A stretch of 64,000 bases of DNA from Anaerolineae bacterium (GTDB lineage Bacteria > Chloroflexota > Anaerolineae > Aggregatilineales > J027), in NCBI GenBank assembly GCA_019913005.1, contig JAIOHL010000190.1:4732-68731 (forward strand), in the 5' to 3' direction. The translations under genes were made by a program, and so were the position numbers. The notes beneath the pieces were generated by a model. The model was not told where the DNA came from and made no database searches. It worked only from the letters and a program-made list of their open reading frames with translations. This document shows, piece after piece, positions 17,799 to 27,568 of this stretch (the stretch's first letter is position 1; each line of letters starts with the position of its first letter).

Positions 17799-18668
17799 TT
17801 GATGCGACGCGAACGGGTTGCGGACGACATCTATGTATTTACCAGCGAACTCTATGCACAGGTCACAGCAGGGGCCGTCATCACCCCGGCGGGTGCAATC
17901 CTGATTGACGCACTGGTATTTCCCGAAGAAGCGAAGTCCATCCGCCAATTTATCGAGAGCCGCCTGAATACGACGGTTCGTTATGTCATCAACACCCACT
18001 ATCACGCCGACCACACCTTTGGAACGTGCTTTTTTGAAAATGCAGTAGTGATTAGTCATGCCCAATGTCATGAATTGTTATTGACCAAAGGGCGTGAAAG
18101 CCTCTCGCAGACTCAACAGCAGAATCCGCGTATTTTTTCGGAAGTCGACATCCGTCTGCCACAATTGACTTTCGAAAGTGGTATGATGGAGTTACGGCTT
18201 GGGGGTAAAACTTTGCAGATGAGCCATTCCCCCGGCCACAGCATGGACTCGATTGTGGTACATATTAAAGAAGACCGAGTTTTGTTTGCTGGTGATACTT
18301 TAATGCCGATCCCCTATTTTGTAGATGGCGATTTTGATATTTTCATCGAATCCCTCAAGGGACTGCGCAATGGCGGCTATGAAAATGTTATTCAGGGACA
18401 TGGCGAGGTCATTTTGCGCGGCGAGGTCGAACGCAAAATTGAATCTGACCTAGAATATATGGATCGTATTCAAAAGCATGTCAAAATAGCCTTGACTCGC
18501 TCGAATCCAGAGGCTTATCTTAGGGCGCTGGATGTTGAACAATGTGGTAAAAGCCGGATTCCGCTGAATGGCGGAGTTCAAGAACTGCATATTGGAAATT
18601 TAATGGCATTGCTAGAACAACATACGCGCCGCGAAAATGCACTGAAGCAGGCCAACTCGGTAGGTTAG
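17799..18668 (+). CDS. MBL-fold metallo-hydrolase
   Basis: INTHYHADH, PGHS, LFAGD, GHG. Confidence 0.9.
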   Translation: MMRRERVADDIYVFTSELYAQVTAGAVITPAGAILIDALVFPEEAKSIRQFIESRLNTTVRYVINTHYHADHTFGTCFFENAVVISHAQCHELLLTKGRESLSQTQQQNPRIFSEVDIRLPQLTFESGMMELRLGGKTLQMSHSPGHSMDSIVVHIKEDRVLFAGDTLMPIPYFVDGDFDIFIESLKGLRNGGYENVIQGHGEVILRGEVERKIESDLEYMDRIQKHVKIALTRSNPEAYLRALDVEQCGKSRIPLNGGVQELHIGNLMALLEQHTRRENALKQANSVG

Positions 18669-18671
18669 AAA

Positions 18672-19901
18672 ATGGAACAAGAAAGACTCCTCAATGGTCG
18701 CTACCGCCTCGTCCAGCAGCATGGCTCGGGTGGGATGGCCGTCATTTATAAAGCCACCGACCTCGCTTTAGGCCGTACCGTCGCCGTCAAAATTCTGCGA
18801 CCCTCGCTAACCAATGACCAATCTTTTTTGGTACGCTTTCGCCAAGAAGCCCGTAATGTCGCCAACCTGACCCACCCCAACATTGTGACGGTGCATGATG
18901 TGGGGCAAGATGGCAACACGCACTATATCGTCATGGAGTTTTTGGATGGGCAAGACCTCAAAAAGCTCATTCGCTCGAATGCCCCCCTGCCAATTGAACG
19001 GGCCTTAAATCTCGCCATCCAGATATGTGCCGGAGTGGGTTATGCACATCGGGCTGGTCTTGTTCACGCCGATGTGAAGCCGCAGAATATTCTGATTCTC
19101 GACAGCGATAAAATTAAGGTCACGGACTTCGGTATCGCGCAGGCATTGGCGGCAACCAACCCACCTGAACGTCAAAAAATCGTCTGGGGTAGCCCGCATT
19201 ATTTTTCGCCGGAACAGGCGCAGGGTGAATATCCCACCCCGGCCTCGGATGTCTATTCAATAGGCGTGGTAATTTTTGAAATGCTCACAGGCCGTCTCCC
19301 ATTCATCGGGGCTGACCAGCAAGCCCTTGCAATGGCGCATATTCGAGACACACCGCCGCGCATTTCCGAACTGAATCCCCAAGTACCTACCTCGCTTGAC
19401 CATATCATCCAGAAAGTGCTGGCGAAAGAACCCTCGGCTCGTTATCGCACCGCCGATCAGCTAGGGCGTATTTTGATTGCTTACAAAGAGCAGGGACGTG
19501 AAGAAACGTCCGGGATGCCGCCTATTCAAGTCGCAAATCCGGTCATAAATCCGCCGATGGTGAATGAACCACCTCAAATGCCGAAACCTGTTACCCCCTA
19601 TCCTCAACCTGTTGCTCCGTATGCCCCGCCGCCGGGAGGAGCGTATACCACCGTGCCGTCACCCTATCAACAGGGCCTATCACAGTTTCCCACCGACGCG
19701 AATGGCTGGCCTGCTCCTGCACCCGACAGCGGCTACTATCAAGCTATTCCCGCACCCGACATTATGCGCAGCCCCGGCTACCGTTCACCCCAACCCCAGT
19801 CGTTGGATGTGGTGACGTTGCTGTTGGCTTTTGTGGCCCTCATTGCGATGACCGGGGTGGTCATTTTGTGGATTTTTGTGTGGGAAGCCTATTTTGGTTA
19901 G
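18672..19901 (+). CDS. Hanks-type Ser/Thr protein kinase with C-terminal TM anchor
   Basis: GSGGMA, VAVK, HADVKPQN, DFGIA, SPEQ, SDVYSIG; Pro-rich linker; terminal TM. Confidence 0.95.
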   Translation: MEQERLLNGRYRLVQQHGSGGMAVIYKATDLALGRTVAVKILRPSLTNDQSFLVRFRQEARNVANLTHPNIVTVHDVGQDGNTHYIVMEFLDGQDLKKLIRSNAPLPIERALNLAIQICAGVGYAHRAGLVHADVKPQNILILDSDKIKVTDFGIAQALAATNPPERQKIVWGSPHYFSPEQAQGEYPTPASDVYSIGVVIFEMLTGRLPFIGADQQALAMAHIRDTPPRISELNPQVPTSLDHIIQKVLAKEPSARYRTADQLGRILIAYKEQGREETSGMPPIQVANPVINPPMVNEPPQMPKPVTPYPQPVAPYAPPPGGAYTTVPSPYQQGLSQFPTDANGWPAPAPDSGYYQAIPAPDIMRSPGYRSPQPQSLDVVTLLLAFVALIAMTGVVILWIFVWEAYFG

Positions 19902-20104
19902 CCCTCAGAACGTCAGAATTTGCTTAGAAATCGAAGAGGGACTGTGGAGTTTGAGTCCTTCATGACGTATAATCAAGTAACGTAAGCACATCAACTCATT
20001 TCCAACCGGGAAGCCGCTTGATTTGAACGATTTATAGACCCCCACTGTATGTATCTCTATAGAATCGCTTCTTCTGTTGGGATGAAATTTGGAGGAAAGT
20101 TGCG

Positions 20105-22045
20105 GTGAAAAACCCTCGTTATCGGAATTACATTGTCTGGATGTTAGTGATTGGGATGATCTTAGCGATTGTGATTGGGGTGAGTAATAACAGTAATCGC
20201 CGCAATGAAATCACGTTGACTGAATTGGTCAATGACATCAACAATCCTACCGAACGAACCAGAATTGACTCAATTGAACGCTCGGAAACCAAGCTGAAGA
20301 TCACCTATGAAGACGATACGGTGAAAGAATCACGGGTGGACGCCAACGTCGAGAATCTTCCGCAGTTGTTAGAATCGCATGGCGCTGATCCTGATAAAGT
20401 TCAGGCGGTTAATTTTGAATACAAAGAAGGCAGTGGTCTTGGCCCTTGGTTGACCCTGTTGACTGGTCTGCTACCCCTCATCCTGATTGCGGGTTTCCTC
20501 TATTTGATGGTACGTCAAGCGCAGGGCAGCAATAATCAAGCCATGCAGTTTGGTCGCAGCCGCGCCCGTATGTTCACTGGCGACCAGTCCAATGTCACCT
20601 TTGATGATGTGGCAGGTGAGGACGAAGCCAAAGAGGAACTCAAGGAAGTGGTTGAATTCCTAAAAGAACCCGAAAAATTCATCCAATTGGGCGCTCGTAT
20701 CCCCAAAGGTGTGCTGCTGATTGGCAGCCCTGGTACTGGGAAGACCCTTTTGGCGAAGGCCGTCGCAGGTGAAGCGGGCGTGCCCTTCTTCGGCATCTCC
20801 GGTTCAGAATTTGTCGAAATGTTTGTCGGTGTGGGTGCCAGCCGTGTGCGTGACCTGTTCGATCAGGCTAAACGCCACAGCCCGTGTATCATCTTCATTG
20901 ACGAAATTGACGCGGTAGGCCGTCAGCGTGGTGCAGGTCTGGGTGGCAGTCACGACGAACGTGAACAAACCCTCAATCAAATCTTGGTCGAAATGGACGG
21001 ATTTGATACGGACACCAACATCATTATTGTGGCCGCGACCAACCGCCCCGACATTCTTGACCCCGCCTTGATGCGTCCGGGTCGTTTTGATCGCCGGGTG
21101 GTGCTGGATCGTCCCGATATGCGTGGGCGTGAAGCGATTCTCAAGGTGCATACTCGCGGCAAGCCATTGGCGGCTGACGTGGACATCACGGTCATTGCCA
21201 AATCTACCCCCGGCTTTGTCGGTGCGGATATTGCCAATCTGGTAAACGAAGCGGCGATTCTGGCGGCGCGTAAGAATAAGAAATCCATCAGCCAGCGCGA
21301 TTTCGAAGAAGCTACTGAGCGCGTGGTGCTTGGCCCTGAACGCAAGAGCCGCATCATCAGCGAACGTGAAAAACAAGTAGTGGCCTATCACGAAGCGGGC
21401 CATGCCGTTGTCGGTCATATGCTGCCCAAGTGCGACCCCGTCCGAAAGATTACGATTGTGGCGCGTGGCATGTCCGGCGGTACGACGTGGTACATGCCCG
21501 AAGAAGATTCCATGCTCAATACCCGCACTGAACTCATTCACCGTATCGCTTCGGCGTTGGGTGGACGGGCGGCTGAGGAATTGGTCTTTGGGGAAATCAC
21601 CAACGGCGCGGCCAGTGACCTTGAACACGTCACACGCATTGCCCGTACCATGATTACCCGCTGGGGCATGAGCGCCAAACTTGGCCCACGTGTGTTCGGT
21701 CAGCGTGAAGAACTCATCTTCCTCGGACGCGAAATCAGCGAACAGCGCGATTATGGTGAATCGGTAGCCCAAACGATTGACGAAGAAGTGCATGAAATCG
21801 TCACCGAACAATACCAACTGGCGATGCACGTTCTGCGTGAAAATCGCGCCAAACTCGACTTGATTGCCAACCGTCTGCTGGAAGTGGAAACGCTCGGTCA
21901 GGAAGAATTCCTTGACCTAGTGGGTGAACGCCCCAAGAGCGAACCCAGCATGTCCCTCCCATCGGCCAGCCCACGTAACATCCCGACGCCGGAACGCGGC
22001 TCGGAAATTCCGCCCAAGATGGGGACGGCGCCATCACCTGCCTAA
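20105..22045 (+). CDS. ftsH: ATP-dependent zinc metalloprotease FtsH
   Basis: Two N-terminal TM; [22 protein letters not shown]...RPGRFDR, HEAGH. Confidence 0.98.
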   Translation: MKNPRYRNYIVWMLVIGMILAIVIGVSNNSNRRNEITLTELVNDINNPTERTRIDSIERSETKLKITYEDDTVKESRVDANVENLPQLLESHGADPDKVQAVNFEYKEGSGLGPWLTLLTGLLPLILIAGFLYLMVRQAQGSNNQAMQFGRSRARMFTGDQSNVTFDDVAGEDEAKEELKEVVEFLKEPEKFIQLGARIPKGVLLIGSPGTGKTLLAKAVAGEAGVPFFGISGSEFVEMFVGVGASRVRDLFDQAKRHSPCIIFIDEIDAVGRQRGAGLGGSHDEREQTLNQILVEMDGFDTDTNIIIVAATNRPDILDPALMRPGRFDRRVVLDRPDMRGREAILKVHTRGKPLAADVDITVIAKSTPGFVGADIANLVNEAAILAARKNKKSISQRDFEEATERVVLGPERKSRIISEREKQVVAYHEAGHAVVGHMLPKCDPVRKITIVARGMSGGTTWYMPEEDSMLNTRTELIHRIASALGGRAAEELVFGEITNGAASDLEHVTRIARTMITRWGMSAKLGPRVFGQREELIFLGREISEQRDYGESVAQTIDEEVHEIVTEQYQLAMHVLRENRAKLDLIANRLLEVETLGQEEFLDLVGERPKSEPSMSLPSASPRNIPTPERGSEIPPKMGTAPSPA

Positions 22046-22080
22046 AACCATCAAGCAGTTTCTGAAGTTTGGTAAAATGA

Positions 22081-22112
22081 ATGCTCCATCCCGTTTTAGG
22101 TGGGGCATTTTT
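22081..22112 (+). terminator. Intrinsic terminator of ftsH
   Basis: ATGCTCCA...TGGGGCAT + TTTT. Confidence 0.6.
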
Positions 22113-22144
22113 AATTGGTATAGTTACAAGGAGAAAGGTAAATT

Positions 22145-22573
22145 ATGGGATACACAATTCGATACTTCACCACTTCTCCACTCGGTAGTCTTATTCCCGT
22201 ACAAGCCCAAATGATTCAGGCAGAATTTGAGGTACACCCAGCGGGGACGAACCAACTCGATATTTTTTACCACCCGGATCGTGGGCCTCTAACGGTAGAT
22301 TTGACCGATTCCACCCAAGTAACCACCCAACGCGAAATCGCCCAATTTATTGAGGCCGTCACCGAGCGGGGTGGCCCCGAACGTGACACGGTACTATCGG
22401 TTTTGGTGCAAACGCAGGCATTGGTGGCGATTGGTGTGCCGGACGATGTGCAAGAGGTTAATCCCAATGTGCTGCCCATCGTGCTGGAGATTATCGCCCA
22501 TTTGGGGGATGGCCTGTTCCATGTGCAAGGTGAGGGTTTTTACGCGGGGAACGATCTAATTTTTGAGTTATAG
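22145..22573 (+). CDS. Hypothetical protein
   Basis: AGGAG upstream; 142 aa ending DGLFHVQGEGFY. Confidence 0.65.
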   Translation: MGYTIRYFTTSPLGSLIPVQAQMIQAEFEVHPAGTNQLDIFYHPDRGPLTVDLTDSTQVTTQREIAQFIEAVTERGGPERDTVLSVLVQTQALVAIGVPDDVQEVNPNVLPIVLEIIAHLGDGLFHVQGEGFYAGNDLIFEL

Positions 22574-22596
22574 CGCCAATGGGAGGCGGCTATTCC

Positions 22597-23313
22597 ATGA
22601 GCGAATTTACATCAGGGTATCTTTTTCTAAAGCGAGATGAAGAAAAGGTTCGACAGTCTCCGCCACCCAAATTGGTCTATCCACAAGATGATAGTAGGCG
22701 TCCACTTCGAGACAAACTTTATGGGAAACTCCCCGACGAAATTCCCCATTTCTTCATTAAAACACTGAATGAGAAATGGTCGGCATTGCTGATTGATAAT
22801 ACTGGAGGCGCGACCACAGAATCTAAAAGGAGCTTAGACCAATGGATACTCGAATCTTCAAAACAGTTCCCTCTTCTGCATTTTGAGACCCATGATGAAG
22901 GTTTTGACTATCACTTGTATTCTGAAGGTATAGAGAAAGCCTCGCTCGAAATGAATATAGCGATTGAGTTCTCCGTGAGGGTTGACCTCGTTGAAGAGCG
23001 TTATCCAGACATTGAGGATCCCTATATCTTCTTTGACCAGAACCCAGAAATTAATGAAGCCCTACGATTGGAGGTTGAAAACTCGGCAGAGTATCAGGCT
23101 CATGTAGCGCAACAATATCAACACAAAAATGTCGCTGCATTTGAAGTTTTTGACGTTTCCTCTCAAGTTATTGCCGAGCTAGAACAAACCCTCTCGGTTG
23201 AATCCTATTTTGCTGATAGACTTGGGCAAGTTGAAAAATTTAAAGAAATTCTCGGCTTTCCTGAAATGAGTTGGGTGAGTTATCACTATGAGAGCCGAGA
23301 TTTACACGAGTGA
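22597..23313 (+). CDS. Hypothetical acidic protein (AT-richer gene)
   Basis: SD GGAGG; long ORF; no motif recognised. Confidence 0.6.
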   Translation: MSEFTSGYLFLKRDEEKVRQSPPPKLVYPQDDSRRPLRDKLYGKLPDEIPHFFIKTLNEKWSALLIDNTGGATTESKRSLDQWILESSKQFPLLHFETHDEGFDYHLYSEGIEKASLEMNIAIEFSVRVDLVEERYPDIEDPYIFFDQNPEINEALRLEVENSAEYQAHVAQQYQHKNVAAFEVFDVSSQVIAELEQTLSVESYFADRLGQVEKFKEILGFPEMSWVSYHYESRDLHE

Positions 23314-23380
23314 GCCAACAGGTTCTCCATAGGTGTACTACAATTGGATATTGGCCCACTTTATGCAGTGAGGCAAATGA

Positions 23381-24190
23381 ATGACACAAAAAATGTCAGA
23401 TGACAAAATCGCGCCGGTAGAAGGTGTGCCGGAAAGCGTGTTAGAGGAATATGGTCAGGAGTATTTTGAAAGCTACAACTATGCTGACCGCCCGCTCGGT
23501 AAATACAGCATGTATTGGTTTGCACGGCGCTATTATGCAGCGTTGGTGCGGCGCTATGCCCCATCGGGTGGCGGCAAATTGCTCGAACTCGGCTGTGGTT
23601 TAGGGCATCTCATTGGGCTGCTGCAAGACGACTTTGAGTGTGTCGGCATTGATTTAGCAGCCTACAGCATCGAACAGACTCGCAAAAATGCTCCCAAAGC
23701 GACGGCCATGATGATGAGCGCCGATGACCTGAGCGCCTTCGGGGATGGCGAATTTTCAGTCGTGGTCGGGTTACATCTAGTCGAGCATCTCCCTGACCCC
23801 GCCGATACCATCCGTCAAATTAATCGCATTTTGAAGGATGGCGGTTTGTGGTTGTTTGCCACGCCCAATCCCGGTTACAGCCTACGCCGTCTTAAAGACC
23901 CCAAGACCGACGCGATTGGCAAAGACCCGACTCATATCAATGTGCAACCGCCGAAACAATGGCGTGCATGGTGTGAGGCCGCGAATTTTAAAATGCTGCG
24001 GCATTTTGGGGATGGCCTGTGGGATGTGCCCTACCTGCCCTATATCCCTGCCAAAATGCAATTTGCATTGTTTGGAGGGCCAGCTTTATTTCAAGTCATG
24101 ACCCGCACCACATGGACGCCGCTGACGTTCGGGGTCAATCAAATCGGGATTGCCCGTAAACTCGGCCCCGTGAAAGGAAGTGCGGCATGA
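23381..24190 (+). CDS. Class I SAM-dependent methyltransferase
   Basis: LLELGCGLG, GID, LVEHLPDP, RILKDGG, TPN. Confidence 0.9.
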   Translation: MTQKMSDDKIAPVEGVPESVLEEYGQEYFESYNYADRPLGKYSMYWFARRYYAALVRRYAPSGGGKLLELGCGLGHLIGLLQDDFECVGIDLAAYSIEQTRKNAPKATAMMMSADDLSAFGDGEFSVVVGLHLVEHLPDPADTIRQINRILKDGGLWLFATPNPGYSLRRLKDPKTDAIGKDPTHINVQPPKQWRAWCEAANFKMLRHFGDGLWDVPYLPYIPAKMQFALFGGPALFQVMTRTTWTPLTFGVNQIGIARKLGPVKGSAA

Positions 24191-25089
24191 ACATGATGCG
24201 ACGCATGTTTTTTGGTGGATTTTTAGGCGGGACGATTTATTGGTTCTGGCGCTATTTTGCTCCTGAACATTCGGCATTGGTGTTGGGTGACAAGGTGGTG
24301 ATTGTCACCGGGGCATCTTCGGGGATTGGACGCGGTCTTGCTATGACCTTTGCCCGACGCGGGGCGAGAGTGGTGTTGGTAGCCCGTCGTGCCGAAAAAT
24401 TAGAGGTCGTCCACCGCGAAATCGAACCCTATGCTGAGGCCGTTTTAGCCATCGCCGGGGATATTTCTGATCCCGCAGTTCAGCAACAAGTCGTCCAAAA
24501 AACCAAAGATGCTTTTGGTCGGATTGATGTTTTGGTGAATAACGCGGGTATCACCGGTGGTGGCCTATTTCACGAGTTTACTCCCGAAAAAATTGATGAG
24601 ATTTTAGCCGTCAATTTGATGGCGGCGGTGCAGCTAACCCATCTGATACTTCCGACGATGCTGGCCCAACGCGAGGGCTATATTATCAACGTGGGGTCGG
24701 GTTTTGGACGTGCGCCAACACCCGGTTTTGTGGCCTATGTCGCCAGTAAATTTGGCCTATCGGGATTTTCGGATGCCCTCTCACGGGAATTGATTGGCTC
24801 AGGGGTGCGGGTGCTGCTGGTACAGCCGGGTTGGACACGCACCGAAATGCTCCCACCAGAGGTCGAAGAAGCGGTCTCCTCGTATTGGTGGTATCGGGTG
24901 GAAGACCCCGAAGTCATTGCAGAAAAAATTGCCGAGGGGTTGGTACAGGGCAGGCGCGAGATGATTTTTGGTGGACGGATGGTGCAGTTCGGGATTTTTG
25001 CTGAACGCCATTTCCCGCTGTTGATGCGTTTGTTATGGCGATGGGAATTAAATTCGCGCTGGTTGAGCCTTATTCGCAAGATAGGCTAG
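24187..25089 (+). CDS. Short-chain dehydrogenase/reductase
   Basis: TGASSGIG, NNAG, YVASK. Confidence 0.93.
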   Translation: MNMMRRMFFGGFLGGTIYWFWRYFAPEHSALVLGDKVVIVTGASSGIGRGLAMTFARRGARVVLVARRAEKLEVVHREIEPYAEAVLAIAGDISDPAVQQQVVQKTKDAFGRIDVLVNNAGITGGGLFHEFTPEKIDEILAVNLMAAVQLTHLILPTMLAQREGYIINVGSGFGRAPTPGFVAYVASKFGLSGFSDALSRELIGSGVRVLLVQPGWTRTEMLPPEVEEAVSSYWWYRVEDPEVIAEKIAEGLVQGRREMIFGGRMVQFGIFAERHFPLLMRLLWRWELNSRWLSLIRKIG

Positions 25090-25579
25090 CACGCCAACGA
25101 CTAATGAGGGCATGGGTGCTGGCAAATGCAAGTTCGGGTAACTTATCCGCCGTGAACCATGCCACTTCCTCAGCATCATCCGCCGCATAAAGCGCCCCGC
25201 CGATCATCTGCGCCTCAAATGCGATCACAATTGGGGTAGGGCTGCCATTGGGGGATGGAAAATAAAACACGTCTAGCAATCGGGTGATTGTCACCTGCAA
25301 GCCCGTTTCTTCGGAGGCCTCGCGGATGGCAGCCTCACGGGGGTCTTCGCCAGCATCCACAAATCCGCCGGGGAGTGACCATTTGCCTTTTTCGGGATTT
25401 TCGGCACGTTTGACCAACAAGACACGGTGTTCATCCACAATAAATACAATGGCGGCCACTTTGGGGTCGAGAAAATGAATATAGCCGCACCCCGAACAGG
25501 TACGGCGTATTTTTCCGAATGCTTCACGATCTTGGAGGGGTTGCCCACAGCGGACACAAAAATGGATGCCCACGCTCAT
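25070..25579 (-). CDS. NUDIX hydrolase with N-terminal zinc ribbon
   Basis: FCVRCG...CSGCG; Nudix box GGFVDAGEDPREAAIREASEETGL. Confidence 0.92.
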   Translation of the reverse strand: MSVGIHFCVRCGQPLQDREAFGKIRRTCSGCGYIHFLDPKVAAIVFIVDEHRVLLVKRAENPEKGKWSLPGGFVDAGEDPREAAIREASEETGLQVTITRLLDVFYFPSPNGSPTPIVIAFEAQMIGGALYAADDAEEVAWFTADKLPELAFASTHALISRWRASLSCE

Positions 25580-25589
25580 GTGGCCTCGA

Positions 25590-26651
25590 TTAGCGTCTAC
25601 GCCGTGTATAGGCCAATGCGAGAATCGAAGCGATTACTCCAACTAGGCCGACTACCAGCAGGACATTAATTTCAAATCCTTCATCCTCATCAGCCGGCTC
25701 GTCAAATTCAGCACGGTCAGTTTCGGGCGCTGGTTCCAAAGCAGGTTCATCAGACGGCAGAGTGGTGTCATCTGGCCTAGATTCTTCAGCGACCTTTGTG
25801 GCTGAAGTGCTAGTAGCGGCAGGGCTGGGTTGTGCCGTCGCGGTTGGCGCTGCTGCGAAAGTCATTGTCTCGGCGGTTGGATTATTCGCTGCTGACCCTG
25901 CTTGCCCACTTGTTTGAGGAATAGCTGCCGATGGATTTACGGGTGACTGGCTCGTTTGGGTCGCTGCGACATACCCTTCGTCTGTCTCGTCTTCACTGCC
26001 TGTCTGACCTAAAAGTCCAGTTGGTTGGCTTGGAGGTGGCACAGGTGCGGGGCCTTCCGCCGAATCACTTTCCTCTACTGCTCCGCTAGGCTGCTGTGTA
26101 CCCATGACATCGGATACTCCGGGAGCGCTGGATGCTGAGGCCGTGGTCCCATTTCGCATAATACTGCTCAAGTCCTGTGTGGAGGTAGACGTAGGCTTAA
26201 AAATGCCATCTTCAACTGTTTCCCCACCGACACTCGGCACTGATCCTTGGTAGGCTTCATCTGCATCCGTGTTTTGGCTGGTTGTATTGTCAAACCCTGC
26301 AAACAAACCGATAAATACCAATAAAATCGAAGCCGCAAGGGTCGCAATACTCGCCACCTGCCAACGATTAAACCGGGCTAGGTCGATGATTTTTGGGTTG
26401 TGCGAAACACTGCTACCTCCACTCATTTGAGCAAGCATCGCAGGCGTGAGGGTAAAGTCGCGCGGTGCTTTGAGGCGGGGAAGCGATTTAACCAAGTTCA
26501 CTGTGTCGCGTAAGCTATCTAGCTCAGCAAGCAGCAGTGGCTCGGTTGCCAGACGACGTTCGAGGGAAGAACGCTCTGGCGGATCGAGAGCGCCGTCGAG
26601 ATAGGCCGACAGCGCCATCAAGTCTTCCGGTGAGATACGATTAACCGACAT
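25590..26651 (-). CDS. Anti-sigma factor
   Basis: LSAYLDGAL...ERRL N-terminal domain, APRDFTLT, TM, S/T/P-rich region, C-terminal TM+RRR; downstream of an ECF sigma. Confidence 0.8.
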   Translation of the reverse strand: MSVNRISPEDLMALSAYLDGALDPPERSSLERRLATEPLLLAELDSLRDTVNLVKSLPRLKAPRDFTLTPAMLAQMSGGSSVSHNPKIIDLARFNRWQVASIATLAASILLVFIGLFAGFDNTTSQNTDADEAYQGSVPSVGGETVEDGIFKPTSTSTQDLSSIMRNGTTASASSAPGVSDVMGTQQPSGAVEESDSAEGPAPVPPPSQPTGLLGQTGSEDETDEGYVAATQTSQSPVNPSAAIPQTSGQAGSAANNPTAETMTFAAAPTATAQPSPAATSTSATKVAEESRPDDTTLPSDEPALEPAPETDRAEFDEPADEDEGFEINVLLVVGLVGVIASILALAYTRRRR

Positions 26652-26718
26652 CTAAATACTCCGGTGCGGGGTGGTTTACCTGACGCGAAACTGACATTTT
26701 CCCCACACAATCTTTCAA

Positions 26719-27345
26719 TCAGCTATTATCCTGACGATATTGATCTGGTAAAAGTTCCGCTTTTTTCCGCAGACAATCGCGTAAATTCGAGCGGGCACGG
26801 CTGAGGCGAGACTTGACTGTGCCCAATGAAATTCCGCTAATACTTGCCGCTTCCTCATAGCTATAACCTTCGACATCGGCCAATACCACGATGACCCGAT
26901 ACGAGGCACTCAGTTGTTGCAGGCAGTTTTCAATGACAGCTTGCAGTTCACTGCGCTCAACCACTCTTTCCGGCCCTTCGATGGTTGCCATAAGGGGGGC
27001 ATCATCTTCGGCATCAAAATAGAGGCCATCGCCTTCCCCTTCTATGTCATCCAAAGAAGCGGTGGGGTGTCGTTTTTTCAGGCGCAATTCGTCATAACAG
27101 GCGTTGGTGACAATCCGCATCAGCCACGACTTAAAATTATCGCCCCGGAACTGGTCAATTTTGCGATAGGCGGCAATCATCGCATTCTGCGTAACGTCTG
27201 CCGCCATGCCGTCATCTTGCAAAATGCGATAGGCGACACTGAACGCCATGTCTTGGTACATCACCACCAACCCATTAAACGCATCGAGATTGCCTTGTTG
27301 GGCAGTGGCAATCAGTATTCTTTCGTCACTTGGAAAATTAGTCAT
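26719..27345 (-). CDS. ECF RNA polymerase sigma factor
   Basis: FKSWLMRIVTNACYDELR; GYSYEEAA...GTVKSRLSRAR. Confidence 0.93.
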   Translation of the reverse strand: MTNFPSDERILIATAQQGNLDAFNGLVVMYQDMAFSVAYRILQDDGMAADVTQNAMIAAYRKIDQFRGDNFKSWLMRIVTNACYDELRLKKRHPTASLDDIEGEGDGLYFDAEDDAPLMATIEGPERVVERSELQAVIENCLQQLSASYRVIVVLADVEGYSYEEAASISGISLGTVKSRLSRARSNLRDCLRKKAELLPDQYRQDNS

Positions 27346-27373
27346 TGACAATTTTTGTTAAAATGCTTATTAT
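27345..27373 (+). promoter_or_regulatory. Sigma70 promoter of the tRNA gene
   Basis: TTGACA-17 nt-TATTAT, 13 nt upstream of the tRNA 5' end. Confidence 0.75.
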
Positions 27374-27386
27374 GGCTTATACAAGC

Positions 27387-27469
27387 GCCGGAGTGATGAA
27401 ATTTGGCAAACATGCACGACTCAAACTCGTGTGGGGAAACCCTTGTGGGTTCGATTCCCACCTCCGGCA
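27387..27469 (+). tRNA. tRNA-Leu(CAA)
   Basis: Acceptor GCCGGAG/CTCCGGC + A; anticodon stem CACGA/TCGTG, loop CT-CAA-AC; variable arm GGG-GAAA-CCC; T loop GGTTCGATTCC; CCA not encoded. Confidence 0.93.
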
Positions 27470-27474
27470 CAACG

Positions 27475-27510
27475 AAAGTCAGGTGATTTAGAAGCCTGAC
27501 TTTTATTTTT
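27475..27510 (+). terminator. Intrinsic terminator after the tRNA
   Basis: AAAGTCAGG...CCTGACTTT + TATTTTT. Confidence 0.75.
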
Positions 27511-27568
27511 TCCCCTACACACGGCATAATAGAAATAATCTCCTCAGTTCTCAAAACTATGGTGTATT

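Noticed and set aside
27387-27472. tRNA as a pseudogene because it ends in CAA instead of CCA
   Set aside because: Stems, promoter and terminator are intact; many bacteria add CCA post-transcriptionally
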